This document shows, piece by piece, positions 1 through 8,936 of a stretch of DNA of 64,000 nucleotides (positions are counted from its first letter, which is position 1; each line of letters begins with the position of its first letter). The DNA lies in the NCBI RefSeq assembly GCF_048403405.1, contig NZ_CP183129.1; one strand, 5' to 3'. This stretch comes from Escherichia coli. GTDB lineage: Bacteria; Pseudomonadota; Gammaproteobacteria; Enterobacterales; Enterobacteriaceae. A model generated the notes under the pieces. The model had not been told where the DNA came from. It was given only the letters and a program-made list of their open reading frames with translations, and made no database searches. A program made the translations under genes and the position numbers.

Positions 1-10
1 TAATAATGTT

Positions 11-142
11 ATGAAAAAGAAACCGGTTGCGCAGTTGGAGCGTCAGCATTCACTGCTGGAAAATCCATGTGCTTATGGGTTGTTATCGCAGTTCCAGGCT
101 GCGATAGTCGTTAACTGTTTTACACTTAATAAAATAATTTGA
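11..142 (+). CDS. yqgB: Small protein YqgB (43 aa)
   Basis: Short ORF not in the track (ATG 11, TGA 140-142). It translates to [43 protein letters not shown], which matches my recollection of YqgB encoded directly upstream of speA. Confidence 0.75.
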
Positions 143-150
143 GGTTCGCT

Positions 151-2127
151 ATGTCTGACGACATGTCTATGGGTTTGCCTTCGTCAGCGGGCGAACACGG
201 TGTACTACGCTCCATGCAGGAGGTTGCAATGAGCTCCCAGGAAGCCAGCAAGATGCTGCGTACTTACAATATTGCCTGGTGGGGCAATAACTACTATGAC
301 GTTAACGAGCTGGGCCACATTAGCGTGTGCCCGGACCCGGACGTCCCGGAAGCTCGCGTCGATCTCGCGCAGTTAGTGAAAACTCGTGAAGCACAGGGCC
401 AGCGTCTGCCTGCACTGTTCTGTTTCCCGCAGATCCTGCAGCACCGTTTGCGTTCTATTAACGCCGCGTTCAAACGTGCGCGGGAATCCTACGGCTATAA
501 CGGCGATTACTTCCTCGTTTATCCGATCAAAGTTAACCAGCACCGCCGCGTGATTGAGTCCCTGATTCATTCGGGCGAACCGCTGGGCCTGGAAGCCGGT
601 TCCAAAGCGGAGTTGATGGCGGTGCTGGCACATGCTGGCATGACCCGTAGCGTCATCGTCTGCAACGGTTATAAGGACCGCGAATATATCCGTCTGGCAT
701 TAATTGGCGAGAAGATGGGCCACAAGGTCTATCTGGTCATTGAGAAGATGTCAGAAATTGCCATTGTGCTGGATGAAGCAGAACGTCTGAATGTCGTTCC
801 TCGTCTGGGCGTGCGTGCACGTCTGGCTTCGCAGGGCTCCGGTAAATGGCAGTCCTCCGGCGGGGAAAAATCGAAGTTCGGCCTGGCGGCGACTCAGGTA
901 CTGCAACTGGTTGAAACCCTGCGTGAAGCCGGGCGTCTCGACAGCCTGCAACTGCTGCACTTCCACCTCGGTTCGCAGATGGCGAATATTCGCGATATCG
1001 CGACAGGCGTTCGTGAATCCGCGCGTTTCTATGTTGAGCTGCACAAGCTGGGCGTCAATATTCAGTGCTTCGACGTCGGCGGCGGTCTGGGCGTGGACTA
1101 TGAAGGCACCCGTTCGCAGTCCGACTGTTCGGTGAACTACGGCCTCAATGAATACGCTAACAACATCATCTGGGCGATTGGTGATGCGTGTGAAGAAAAT
1201 GGTCTGCCACATCCGACAGTAATCACCGAGTCGGGTCGCGCGGTGACTGCGCATCACACCGTGCTGGTGTCAAATATCATCGGCGTGGAACGTAACGAAT
1301 ACACGGTGCCGACCGCACCTGCAGAAGACGCACCGCGCGCCCTGCAAAGCATGTGGGAAACCTGGCAGGAGATGCACGAACCGGGAACTCGTCGTTCTCT
1401 GCGTGAATGGTTACACGACAGCCAGATGGATCTGCACGATATTCATATCGGCTACTCTTCCGGCACCTTTAGCCTGCAAGAACGTGCATGGGCAGAACAA
1501 CTCTATCTGAGCATGTGCCATGAAGTGCAGAAGCAACTGGATCCGCAAAACCGTGCGCATCGTCCGATTATCGATGAATTGCAGGAACGTATGGCTGACA
1601 AAATGTACGTAAACTTCTCGCTGTTCCAGTCGATGCCGGATGCGTGGGGGATCGACCAGTTGTTCCCGGTTCTGCCGCTGGAAGGGTTGGATCAAGTGCC
1701 GGAACGTCGCGCTGTGCTGCTGGATATTACCTGTGACTCTGACGGTGCTATTGATCACTATATTGATGGTGATGGTATTGCCACGACAATGCCAATGCCG
1801 GAGTACGATCCAGAGAATCCGCCGATGCTCGGTTTCTTTATGGTCGGCGCATATCAGGAGATCCTCGGCAATATGCACAACCTGTTCGGTGATACCGAAG
1901 CGGTTGACGTGTTCGTGTTCCCTGACGGTAGCGTAGAAGTAGAACTGTCTGACGAAGGCGATACCGTGGCGGACATGCTGCAATATGTACAGCTCGATCC
2001 GAAAACGCTGTTAACCCAGTTCCGCGATCAAGTGAAGAAAACCGATCTTGATGCTGAACTGCAACAACAGTTCCTTGAAGAGTTCGAGGCAGGTTTGTAC
2101 GGTTATACCTATCTTGAAGATGAATAA
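151..2127 (+). CDS. speA: Biosynthetic arginine decarboxylase
   Basis: Track ORF 139..2127. The ATG at 151 gives [21 protein letters not shown]..., 658 aa, recognised as E. coli SpeA. Confidence 0.97.
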
Positions 2128-2144
2128 TTAAGATTATTCCGCTG

Positions 2145-2185
2145 GCGGGTCAATTTATTTACGTAAATCGGCCCGCTTTCTTTTT
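2145..2185 (+). terminator. Putative rho-independent terminator after speA
   Basis: gcggg (2145-2149) pairs with cccgc (2172-2176). An inner perfect palindrome atttacgtaaat lies between them, and tttcttttt follows. Confidence 0.55.
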
Positions 2186-2272
2186 ATATATTCTTAAAAA
2201 TAATTTAGCTGCTTTTCTTATTAAATAATCCCCCTACAATCGCTGCATTAATTAAATACAGAGGGAACGGTT

Positions 2273-3004
2273 ATGAAAAAAGGGAAAGTACGTAGCGCGT
2301 TGATAGCATTAGCCGTGCTGCTGGCCGGTTGTTCCAGTAATGCGCAGTATAATAGCAGTGCATCAGGCAATGTCGGCACCGCCTGGGGTGGGGATGTACA
2401 CTCATCGGTTCAGGGCGTATCTGCTGAGCGAGCCTGGCGCGATCCGGCAGAGATGATCGTTATTAGTTATTCGACTAATGTTCCTTCCGGCTATGACCGC
2501 GTTTATAGCATTCGTATTAACGAACTGGAATATGCTATTCGCGATGGTAATTTTAATTCTCTACCTATTACGCGTGTTTATGATTCATCCAATAATGAAC
2601 CACGCTATATTGTCCATGCCAGAGTCGGAATGAATTATCAATTATATGTCCGTAATTACAGTCGTAACACCAACTACGAGATCGTTGCTACGGTTGATGG
2701 CCTGGATGTGCTGAACGGCAAGCAAGGTTCGCTGAATAACAACGGCTATATTGTGAATGCCGGAGATTCGTTAGCGATTAAAGGATTCCGCAAAGATAAA
2801 CATACCGAAGCGGCTTTTCAGTTCGCCAACGTTGCTGATTCCTACGCAGCCAATTCGGCGCAAGGCGATGTGCGTAATACCGGGGTAATCGGCTTTGCCG
2901 CCTTTGAATTACAAGGCCCGGCGCAAAACGCGATGCCACCGTGCTCTGGACAAGCCTTTCCGGCAGATAACAATGGCTATGCACCGCCACCGTGCCGGAA
3001 ATAG
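2273..3004 (+). CDS. Uncharacterised lipoprotein (243 aa)
   Basis: Track ORF. A gagggaacgg SD-like stretch precedes the ATG. The N-terminus MKKGKVRSALIALAVLLAG|C has a basic n-region, a hydrophobic core and a lipobox with Cys20. I do not recall this gene at this position in K-12. Confidence 0.75.
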   Translation: MKKGKVRSALIALAVLLAGCSSNAQYNSSASGNVGTAWGGDVHSSVQGVSAERAWRDPAEMIVISYSTNVPSGYDRVYSIRINELEYAIRDGNFNSLPITRVYDSSNNEPRYIVHARVGMNYQLYVRNYSRNTNYEIVATVDGLDVLNGKQGSLNNNGYIVNAGDSLAIKGFRKDKHTEAAFQFANVADSYAANSAQGDVRNTGVIGFAAFELQGPAQNAMPPCSGQAFPADNNGYAPPPCRK

Positions 3005-3070
3005 CAACCTCGCTTGATGCCTCGTCCATTTAAGGCGATAATTAGCGCAAACTTGTGTTTCGCAAATCCA

Positions 3071-3111
3071 ACCCTTCCTCGTCGGGCCTAACGACGCGGA
3101 AGGGTTTTTTT
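3071..3111 (+). terminator. Rho-independent terminator upstream of speB
   Basis: cccttcc (3072-3078) pairs with ggaaggg (3098-3104). There is additional inner pairing (gtcg/cgac), followed by a run of seven T. Confidence 0.7.
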
Positions 3112-3139
3112 ATATCGACTTTGTAATAGGAGTCCATCC

Positions 3140-4060
3140 ATGAGCACCTTAGGTCATCAATACGATAACTCACTGGTTTCCAACGCCTTTGGTTTTTTAC
3201 GCCTGCCGATGAACTTCCAGCCATATGACAGCGATGCTGACTGGGTGATTACTGGCGTGCCGTTCGATATGGCCACTTCTGGTCGTGCGGGGGGACGCCA
3301 CGGTCCGGCAGCGATCCGTCAGGTTTCGACGAATCTGGCCTGGGAACACAATCGCTTCCCGTGGAATTTCGACATGCGTGAGCGCCTGAATGTCGTGGAC
3401 TGCGGCGATCTGGTATATGCCTTCGGCGATGCCCGTGAGATGAGCGAGAAGCTGCAGGCGCACGCCGAGAAGCTGCTGGCTGCTGGTAAGCGTATGCTCT
3501 CCTTCGGTGGTGACCACTTTGTTACGCTGCCGCTGCTGCGTGCTCATGCGAAGCATTTCGGCAAAATGGCGCTGGTACACTTTGACGCCCACACCGACAC
3601 CTATGCGAACGGTTGTGAATTTGACCACGGCACCATGTTCTATACCGCGCCGAAAGAAGGTCTGATCGACCCGAATCATTCCGTGCAGATTGGTATTCGT
3701 ACTGAGTTCGATAAAGACAACGGCTTTACCGTGCTGGACGCCTGCCAGGTGAACGATCGCAGCGTGGATGACGTTATCGCCCAAGTGAAACAGATTGTGG
3801 GTGATATGCCGGTTTACCTGACCTTTGATATCGACTGCCTGGATCCTGCTTTCGCGCCGGGAACCGGTACGCCAGTAATTGGCGGCCTGACCTCCGATCG
3901 CGCTATTAAACTGGTACGCGGCCTGAAAGATCTCAACATTGTTGGGATGGACGTAGTGGAAGTGGCTCCGGCATACGATCAGTCGGAAATCACCGCTCTG
4001 GCTGCGGCGACGCTGGCGCTGGAGATGCTGTATATCCAGGCGGCGAAAAAGGGCGAGTAA
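3140..4060 (+). CDS. speB: Agmatinase (agmatine ureohydrolase)
   Basis: Track ORF of 306 aa, [23 protein letters not shown]... It has arginase-family Mn-binding motifs (GGDH, DAHTD, DIDCLDP) and matches E. coli SpeB. Confidence 0.97.
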   Translation: MSTLGHQYDNSLVSNAFGFLRLPMNFQPYDSDADWVITGVPFDMATSGRAGGRHGPAAIRQVSTNLAWEHNRFPWNFDMRERLNVVDCGDLVYAFGDAREMSEKLQAHAEKLLAAGKRMLSFGGDHFVTLPLLRAHAKHFGKMALVHFDAHTDTYANGCEFDHGTMFYTAPKEGLIDPNHSVQIGIRTEFDKDNGFTVLDACQVNDRSVDDVIAQVKQIVGDMPVYLTFDIDCLDPAFAPGTGTPVIGGLTSDRAIKLVRGLKDLNIVGMDVVEVAPAYDQSEITALAAATLALEMLYIQAAKKGE

Positions 4061-4096
4061 GCGCCGGATAAGATGCGTTATGCGTCAAATCCGGCG
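4061..4096. repeat. REP-like palindromic element
   Basis: gcgccggataagatgcgttatgcgtcaaatccggcg has gccggat...atccggc arms typical of enterobacterial REP units. It lies between the convergent genes speB and loiP. Confidence 0.5.
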
Positions 4097-4107
4097 TAAT
4101 AAAATGC

Positions 4108-4866
4108 TTACTTAACTCCATCCGCGCTCATACGATCGCGAATATGCTGGGCGCGTTCGGCGGATGCTGGATGGTCGTCAAACATTGAGCTTTGACGGCC
4201 TTCTTCCAGCTTCGCCAGTTTTTCAAAGCTGGTGGCAAGACCTGCCGGGTTGATGCCGCGTTGGCGCAGAAGATCGTAAGAATAATCATCGGCTTCTGCT
4301 TCCTGGCGCTGGGAGAATTGCGAATTAACTAATTTCTCGCCCAGATCACCGAGTTGTGATTGAGATAAACTGCCGACAATCCCGCCCGCAGAGGCCGCAG
4401 CTACTCGCACGGCATTTGTACCAAGTGCCACCTGCATCCCTTTTTTCACATGGCCTAACGCCACGTGCCCCATCTCGTGACCGATCACCGCTTCGACTTC
4501 GTTATCCGTCATCATATCCATCAGCCCGCTATAGACGCGGATACAACCGTTAGCCATTGCAAAGGCGTTCACATCCTTCGCCATATACACTTTGTAATTC
4601 ACCGGCTGACCGTTGATATTGTTGCCTAGCGCATTGGCAATAGTTGTCAGACGTTTAGCGTATTCGCTATTGGCTGGCGCAATCGTCGCCTTGCTGTCCA
4701 TCTCCTGACATGCCTGATCGCTCAGGGTTTTCACCTGCGCATCACTCAAACTGTAAGCCTGAAAAGCTTCCGCTCCTGATGAGAGCAGTCCGTTGGAGTC
4801 CATATTCTGGCAACCGGTCAGTACCGTTGCCACGCTCATTGCTACCAATAAGGCGCGAATTTTCAT
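4108..4866 (-). CDS. loiP: Outer-membrane lipoprotein metalloprotease LoiP (YggG), M48 family
   Basis: Track ORF 4108..5085. The internal ATG at 4866 gives MKIRALLVAMSVATVLTGCQ... (252 aa) with a lipobox LTGC and the HEMGH zinc motif. The upstream extension is probably not translated. Confidence 0.92.
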   Translation of the reverse strand: MKIRALLVAMSVATVLTGCQNMDSNGLLSSGAEAFQAYSLSDAQVKTLSDQACQEMDSKATIAPANSEYAKRLTTIANALGNNINGQPVNYKVYMAKDVNAFAMANGCIRVYSGLMDMMTDNEVEAVIGHEMGHVALGHVKKGMQVALGTNAVRVAAASAGGIVGSLSQSQLGDLGEKLVNSQFSQRQEAEADDYSYDLLRQRGINPAGLATSFEKLAKLEEGRQSSMFDDHPASAERAQHIRDRMSADGVK

Positions 4867-5143
4867 GTTTTCTCTTCCGCACAAGGTCAGGATTATTCTA
4901 AAAATGCGCCGTTTGCAGGTGAATCGACGCTTAGTCTCAGTATAAGGAAAAGCGCAGCGGACGGGCGAGTAGATTGCGCAACATGCGAGCATGATCCAGA
5001 GATTTCTGAAGCGGCAAAAGGATGTTCCATGTACATGACGCGCGGCTTGCGGTAAATTGTTGGCAAATTTTCCGGCGTAGCCCAAAACGCGCTGTCGTCA
5101 AGTCGTTAAGGGCGTGCCCTTCATCATCCGATCTGGAGTCAAA

Positions 5144-7135
5144 ATGTCCTCACGTAAAGAGCTTGCCAATGCTATTCGTGCGCTGAGCATGGACGCAGTA
5201 CAGAAAGCCAAATCCGGTCACCCGGGTGCCCCTATGGGTATGGCTGACATTGCCGAAGTCCTGTGGCGTGATTTCCTGAAACACAACCCGCAGAATCCGT
5301 CCTGGGCTGACCGTGACCGCTTCGTGCTGTCCAACGGTCACGGCTCCATGCTGATCTACAGCCTGCTGCACCTCACCGGTTACGATCTGCCGATGGAAGA
5401 ACTGAAAAACTTCCGTCAGCTGCACTCTAAAACTCCGGGCCACCCGGAAGTGGGTTACACCGCTGGTGTGGAAACCACTACAGGTCCGCTGGGTCAGGGT
5501 ATTGCCAATGCAGTCGGTATGGCGATTGCAGAAAAAACGCTGGCGGCGCAGTTTAACCGTCCGGGCCACGACATCGTCGACCACTACACCTACGCCTTCA
5601 TGGGCGACGGCTGCATGATGGAAGGCATCTCTCACGAAGTTTGCTCTCTGGCGGGTACGCTGAAGCTGGGTAAACTGATTGCGTTCTACGATGACAACGG
5701 TATTTCTATCGATGGTCACGTTGAAGGCTGGTTCACCGACGACACCGCAATGCGTTTCGAAGCCTACGGCTGGCACGTTATTCGCGACATCGACGGTCAT
5801 GACGCAGCATCCATCAAACGCGCAGTAGAAGAAGCGCGCGCAGTGACCGACAAACCGTCCCTGCTGATGTGCAAAACCATCATCGGTTTCGGTTCCCCGA
5901 ACAAAGCCGGTACGCACGACTCCCACGGTGCGCCGCTGGGCGACGCTGAAATCGCCCTGACCCGCGAACAGCTGGGCTGGAAATATGCACCGTTCGAAAT
6001 CCCGTCTGAAATCTATGCTCAGTGGGATGCGAAAGAAGCAGGCCAGGCGAAAGAATCCGCATGGAACGAGAAATTCGCTGCTTACGCGAAAGCTTATCCG
6101 CAGGAAGCCGCTGAATTTACCCGCCGTATGAAAGGCGAAATGCCGTCTGACTTCGACGCCAAAGCGAAAGAGTTCATCGCTAAACTGCAGGCTAATCCGG
6201 CGAAAATCGCCAGCCGTAAAGCGTCTCAGAATGCTATCGAAGCTTTCGGTCCGCTGTTGCCGGAATTCCTCGGCGGCTCTGCTGACCTGGCACCGTCTAA
6301 CCTGACCCTGTGGTCTGGTTCTAAAGCAATCAACGAAGATGCTGCGGGTAACTACATCCACTACGGTGTTCGCGAGTTCGGTATGACCGCGATTGCTAAC
6401 GGTATCTCCCTGCACGGTGGTTTCCTGCCGTACACCTCCACCTTCCTGATGTTCGTGGAATACGCACGTAACGCCGTACGTATGGCTGCGCTGATGAAAC
6501 AGCGTCAGGTGATGGTTTACACCCACGACTCCATCGGTCTGGGCGAAGATGGCCCGACTCACCAGCCAGTAGAGCAGGTCGCTTCACTGCGCGTGACCCC
6601 GAACATGTCCACATGGCGTCCGTGTGACCAGGTTGAATCCGCGGTCGCGTGGAAATACGGCGTTGAGCGTCAGGACGGCCCGACTGCGCTTATCCTCTCC
6701 CGTCAGAACCTGGCGCAGCAGGAGCGTACTGAAGAGCAGCTGGCAAACATCGCGCGCGGTGGTTATGTGCTGAAAGACTGTGCCGGTCAGCCGGAACTGA
6801 TCTTCATCGCGACCGGTTCGGAAGTTGAACTGGCGGTTGCCGCCTACGAAAAACTGACAGCCGAAGGCGTGAAGGCGCGCGTGGTTTCCATGCCGTCTAC
6901 CGACGCGTTCGACAAGCAGGATGCGGCTTACCGTGAATCCGTCCTGCCGAAAGCGGTTACTGCACGCGTTGCGGTAGAAGCGGGTATTGCTGACTACTGG
7001 TACAAGTATGTTGGCCTGAACGGTGCTATCGTCGGCATGACCACCTTCGGTGAATCTGCTCCGGCAGAGCAACTGTTTGAAGAGTTTGGTTTCACCGTTG
7101 ACAACGTTGTTGCGAAAGCCAAAGCGCTGCTGTAA
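5144..7135 (+). CDS. tktA: Transketolase 1
   Basis: Track ORF 5114..7135. The ATG at 5144 gives [32 protein letters not shown]..., 663 aa, recognised as TktA. Confidence 0.97.
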   Translation: MSSRKELANAIRALSMDAVQKAKSGHPGAPMGMADIAEVLWRDFLKHNPQNPSWADRDRFVLSNGHGSMLIYSLLHLTGYDLPMEELKNFRQLHSKTPGHPEVGYTAGVETTTGPLGQGIANAVGMAIAEKTLAAQFNRPGHDIVDHYTYAFMGDGCMMEGISHEVCSLAGTLKLGKLIAFYDDNGISIDGHVEGWFTDDTAMRFEAYGWHVIRDIDGHDAASIKRAVEEARAVTDKPSLLMCKTIIGFGSPNKAGTHDSHGAPLGDAEIALTREQLGWKYAPFEIPSEIYAQWDAKEAGQAKESAWNEKFAAYAKAYPQEAAEFTRRMKGEMPSDFDAKAKEFIAKLQANPAKIASRKASQNAIEAFGPLLPEFLGGSADLAPSNLTLWSGSKAINEDAAGNYIHYGVREFGMTAIANGISLHGGFLPYTSTFLMFVEYARNAVRMAALMKQRQVMVYTHDSIGLGEDGPTHQPVEQVASLRVTPNMSTWRPCDQVESAVAWKYGVERQDGPTALILSRQNLAQQERTEEQLANIARGGYVLKDCAGQPELIFIATGSEVELAVAAYEKLTAEGVKARVVSMPSTDAFDKQDAAYRESVLPKAVTARVAVEAGIADYWYKYVGLNGAIVGMTTFGESAPAEQLFEEFGFTVDNVVAKAKALL

Positions 7136-7156
7136 TCAGTAAGACGTTTTGTGAGA

Positions 7157-7182
7157 AGGGCCGCGAAAGCGGCCCTTTTTTT
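7157..7182. terminator. Bidirectional terminator hairpin between tktA and the SPFH gene
   Basis: gggccgc gaaa gcggccc (7158-7175) is followed by a run of seven T. The A-rich 5' flank would serve the opposite strand. Confidence 0.75.
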
Positions 7183-8089
7183 ACTTAGTAGAGATAAACG
7201 GAACTGTACTGCCGGGGATCATGGTATCGGGTAGCTTACCGTCCCAACGCTCAGCAGTGGTGAGGGCAACAAGTCCGGGATTATCCCGCAGAGCTTCACC
7301 GCGCAGGCGGATAGCTTCTGCTTCAGCCGCACTTTTTAAACGAATAGTTTCAGCCTCTGCCGCGCCTCTTACGCGAATGGTCTCAGCTTCTGCTTTGGCC
7401 GCTGCAAGTTTACTGTCTGCTTCTGCCTGGGCCTGAGTTACCGCTATTTGCGCCTGGATTTTCTCTGTTTCCAGATTTTGCTTACGCGTGGCAATTGCAA
7501 CTTCCGCTTTCATTCGGTCTTCAATCGACTTTTCATAAGCGTCAGAAAAGTCAATATTTTCAATCTGGACCCCGTCAATCACCACCGGACCAACAACGGC
7601 TTTACGCATAGCATTTTGCAGATCCTGAACCAATTTTGTACGATCCTGTACGGCGCTGATGGCGGTATATTGGCCGAAAACGTTCTCCAGTTGAGTTGGC
7701 AACTGACGGACAATCAGACGATCTTTTAATGCTTCAATGGTGTTGTAGGTGGTATAAACCGCGCCTGCTTCTGAAGGTTTAATGTGGAAGCTGACTGATA
7801 CTGTCATTTGTGCCGGTTGCTGGTCGCGGCTGTAGGCCTGTAATCCTTGATAAACCACAGCCTGATTACGCGTGGAAATTTTCTCCACGCTTTCCATAAA
7901 AGGGATCTTAAAACCCAGACCCGGCTCGGCAACTTTTACGATTTTTCCGTAGCGCAGCAAAATGCCGCGTTCACCTTCATTAACGGTGTAATACGAGAGA
8001 AATGGCAGCACAACCACGGCAAGCACGCCAATGACGATAGCAATAGATTTTTGTGGGCGAAATGAGGTTATTGAAACAGGTGCTTTCAT
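7181..8089 (-). CDS. SPFH / band-7 (prohibitin-HflC-like) membrane protein, 302 aa
   Basis: Track ORF. It has one N-terminal TM segment (IAIVIGVLAVVVLPFLSYY). The core is typical SPFH (VNEGERGILLRYGK...GLGFKIPFMESV...). The C-terminus is Ala/Glu-rich coiled coil. It is not one of the four K-12 SPFH genes I know (hflK, hflC, qmcA, yqiK). Confidence 0.85.
   Translation of the reverse strand: MKAPVSITSFRPQKSIAIVIGVLAVVVLPFLSYYTVNEGERGILLRYGKIVKVAEPGLGFKIPFMESVEKISTRNQAVVYQGLQAYSRDQQPAQMTVSVSFHIKPSEAGAVYTTYNTIEALKDRLIVRQLPTQLENVFGQYTAISAVQDRTKLVQDLQNAMRKAVVGPVVIDGVQIENIDFSDAYEKSIEDRMKAEVAIATRKQNLETEKIQAQIAVTQAQAEADSKLAAAKAEAETIRVRGAAEAETIRLKSAAEAEAIRLRGEALRDNPGLVALTTAERWDGKLPDTMIPGSTVPFISTK
7298..7396. 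repeat. Three imperfect 33-bp tandem repeats inside the SPFH gene
   Basis: Units 7298-7330, 7331-7363 and 7364-7396 encode AAEAEAIRLRG, AAEAETIRLKS and KAEAETIRVRG on the minus strand. Confidence 0.8.
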
Positions 8090-8264
8090 GACAATCTTCC
8101 TTGAGTAAAGTGTGGGAATATGTCACATGAGGTGAGGAGAAAACAGCCGACAGGTGAGAATTCAGAATCTATAAAGGGGTATAGCGAAAAAACATTGCAT
8201 TAAAAAGTATGCTTTCGGACATTCAATAAATAAATAGAGACATGCATCACAAATACAATAACAA

Positions 8265-8315
8265 ACAAAATGTTGATTTTGTGATAAACATAACAAATAC
8301 AAAGTTGACTTTGTA
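8265..8315. promoter_or_regulatory. Two 7-4-7 palindromes flanking a CRP-like half-conserved site in the SPFH/cmtB divergent region
   Basis: ACAAAAT-GTTG-ATTTTGT lies at 8265-8282 and TACAAAG-TTGA-CTTTGTA at 8298-8315. Both have perfect arms and their centres are 33 bp apart. TGTGA-TAAACA-TAACA (8280-8295) resembles the CRP consensus TGTGA-N6-TCACA. Confidence 0.35.
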
Positions 8316-8465
8316 AGTATTTATTTCATGTTGTTGTTATTTAAAGTTTTATTATTTTTGTTCATGGGGTTTTTCTTCTCGCGTACCCAATTGCTTTCAT
8401 TAAACCGCACGAGTATTTTATTTTTACCGCCGGACGGTACCCTAAAAATAAAATAAGGATAATTT

Positions 8466-8909
8466 ATGCGGCTTAGTGATTATTTTCCAGAATCATCAAT
8501 CTCAGTTATACATTCAGCAAAAGATTGGCAGGAAGCTATCGATTTCTCGATGGCATCATTGCTGGATAAAAACTATATCAGCGAGAATTACATTCAGGCA
8601 ATTAAAGATTCCACCATTAACAATAGCCCTTATTATATTCTCGCGCCAGGTGTGGCAATGCCTCATGCGCGACCGGAATGTGGGGCGCTTAAAACCGGGA
8701 TGTCTTTGGCGTTACTTAAACAAGGCGTTTATTTTCCGGGGAATGACGAACCGATTAAATTACTCATCGGGCTTTCTGCTGCCGATGCCGATTCGCACAT
8801 TGGCGCTATTCAGGCGTTAAGTGAATTACTGTGCGAAGAAGAAATACTCGAACAACTCTTAACAGCATCATCAGAAAAACAATTAGCGGACATTATCAGC
8901 CGCGGATAA
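8466..8909 (+). CDS. cmtB: PTS mannitol-family enzyme IIA (cryptic)
   Basis: Track ORF of 147 aa, MRLSDYFPESSISVIHSAKDWQEAIDF... It has a PTS EIIA type-2 fold with the phosphorylatable His in GVAMPHARPE, and matches CmtB. Confidence 0.93.
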   Translation: MRLSDYFPESSISVIHSAKDWQEAIDFSMASLLDKNYISENYIQAIKDSTINNSPYYILAPGVAMPHARPECGALKTGMSLALLKQGVYFPGNDEPIKLLIGLSAADADSHIGAIQALSELLCEEEILEQLLTASSEKQLADIISRG

Positions 8910-8936
8910 TTACTCTCTCCTCTACAGGATAATATT

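Noticed and set aside
4867-5085. 73-codon extension of loiP
   Set aside because: The lipoprotein signal peptide begins at the internal ATG 4866. An upstream extension would bury the signal sequence.
5150-6562. 470-aa ORF antisense to tktA
   Set aside because: It is entirely nested opposite a recognised, highly conserved gene. The translated sequence is low-complexity (Arg/Val/Phe/Thr-rich) with no recognisable domain. This is a typical shadow ORF produced by strong codon bias on the sense strand.
8236-8385. Tiny ORFs in the AT-rich SPFH/cmtB spacer (e.g. MHHKYNNKQNVDFVINITNTKLTL on + and MNKNNKTLNNNNMK on -)
   Set aside because: They have no SD sequences. AT-rich DNA yields Asn/Lys-rich mini-ORFs by chance. 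A leader-peptide idea is pure speculation without expression data.
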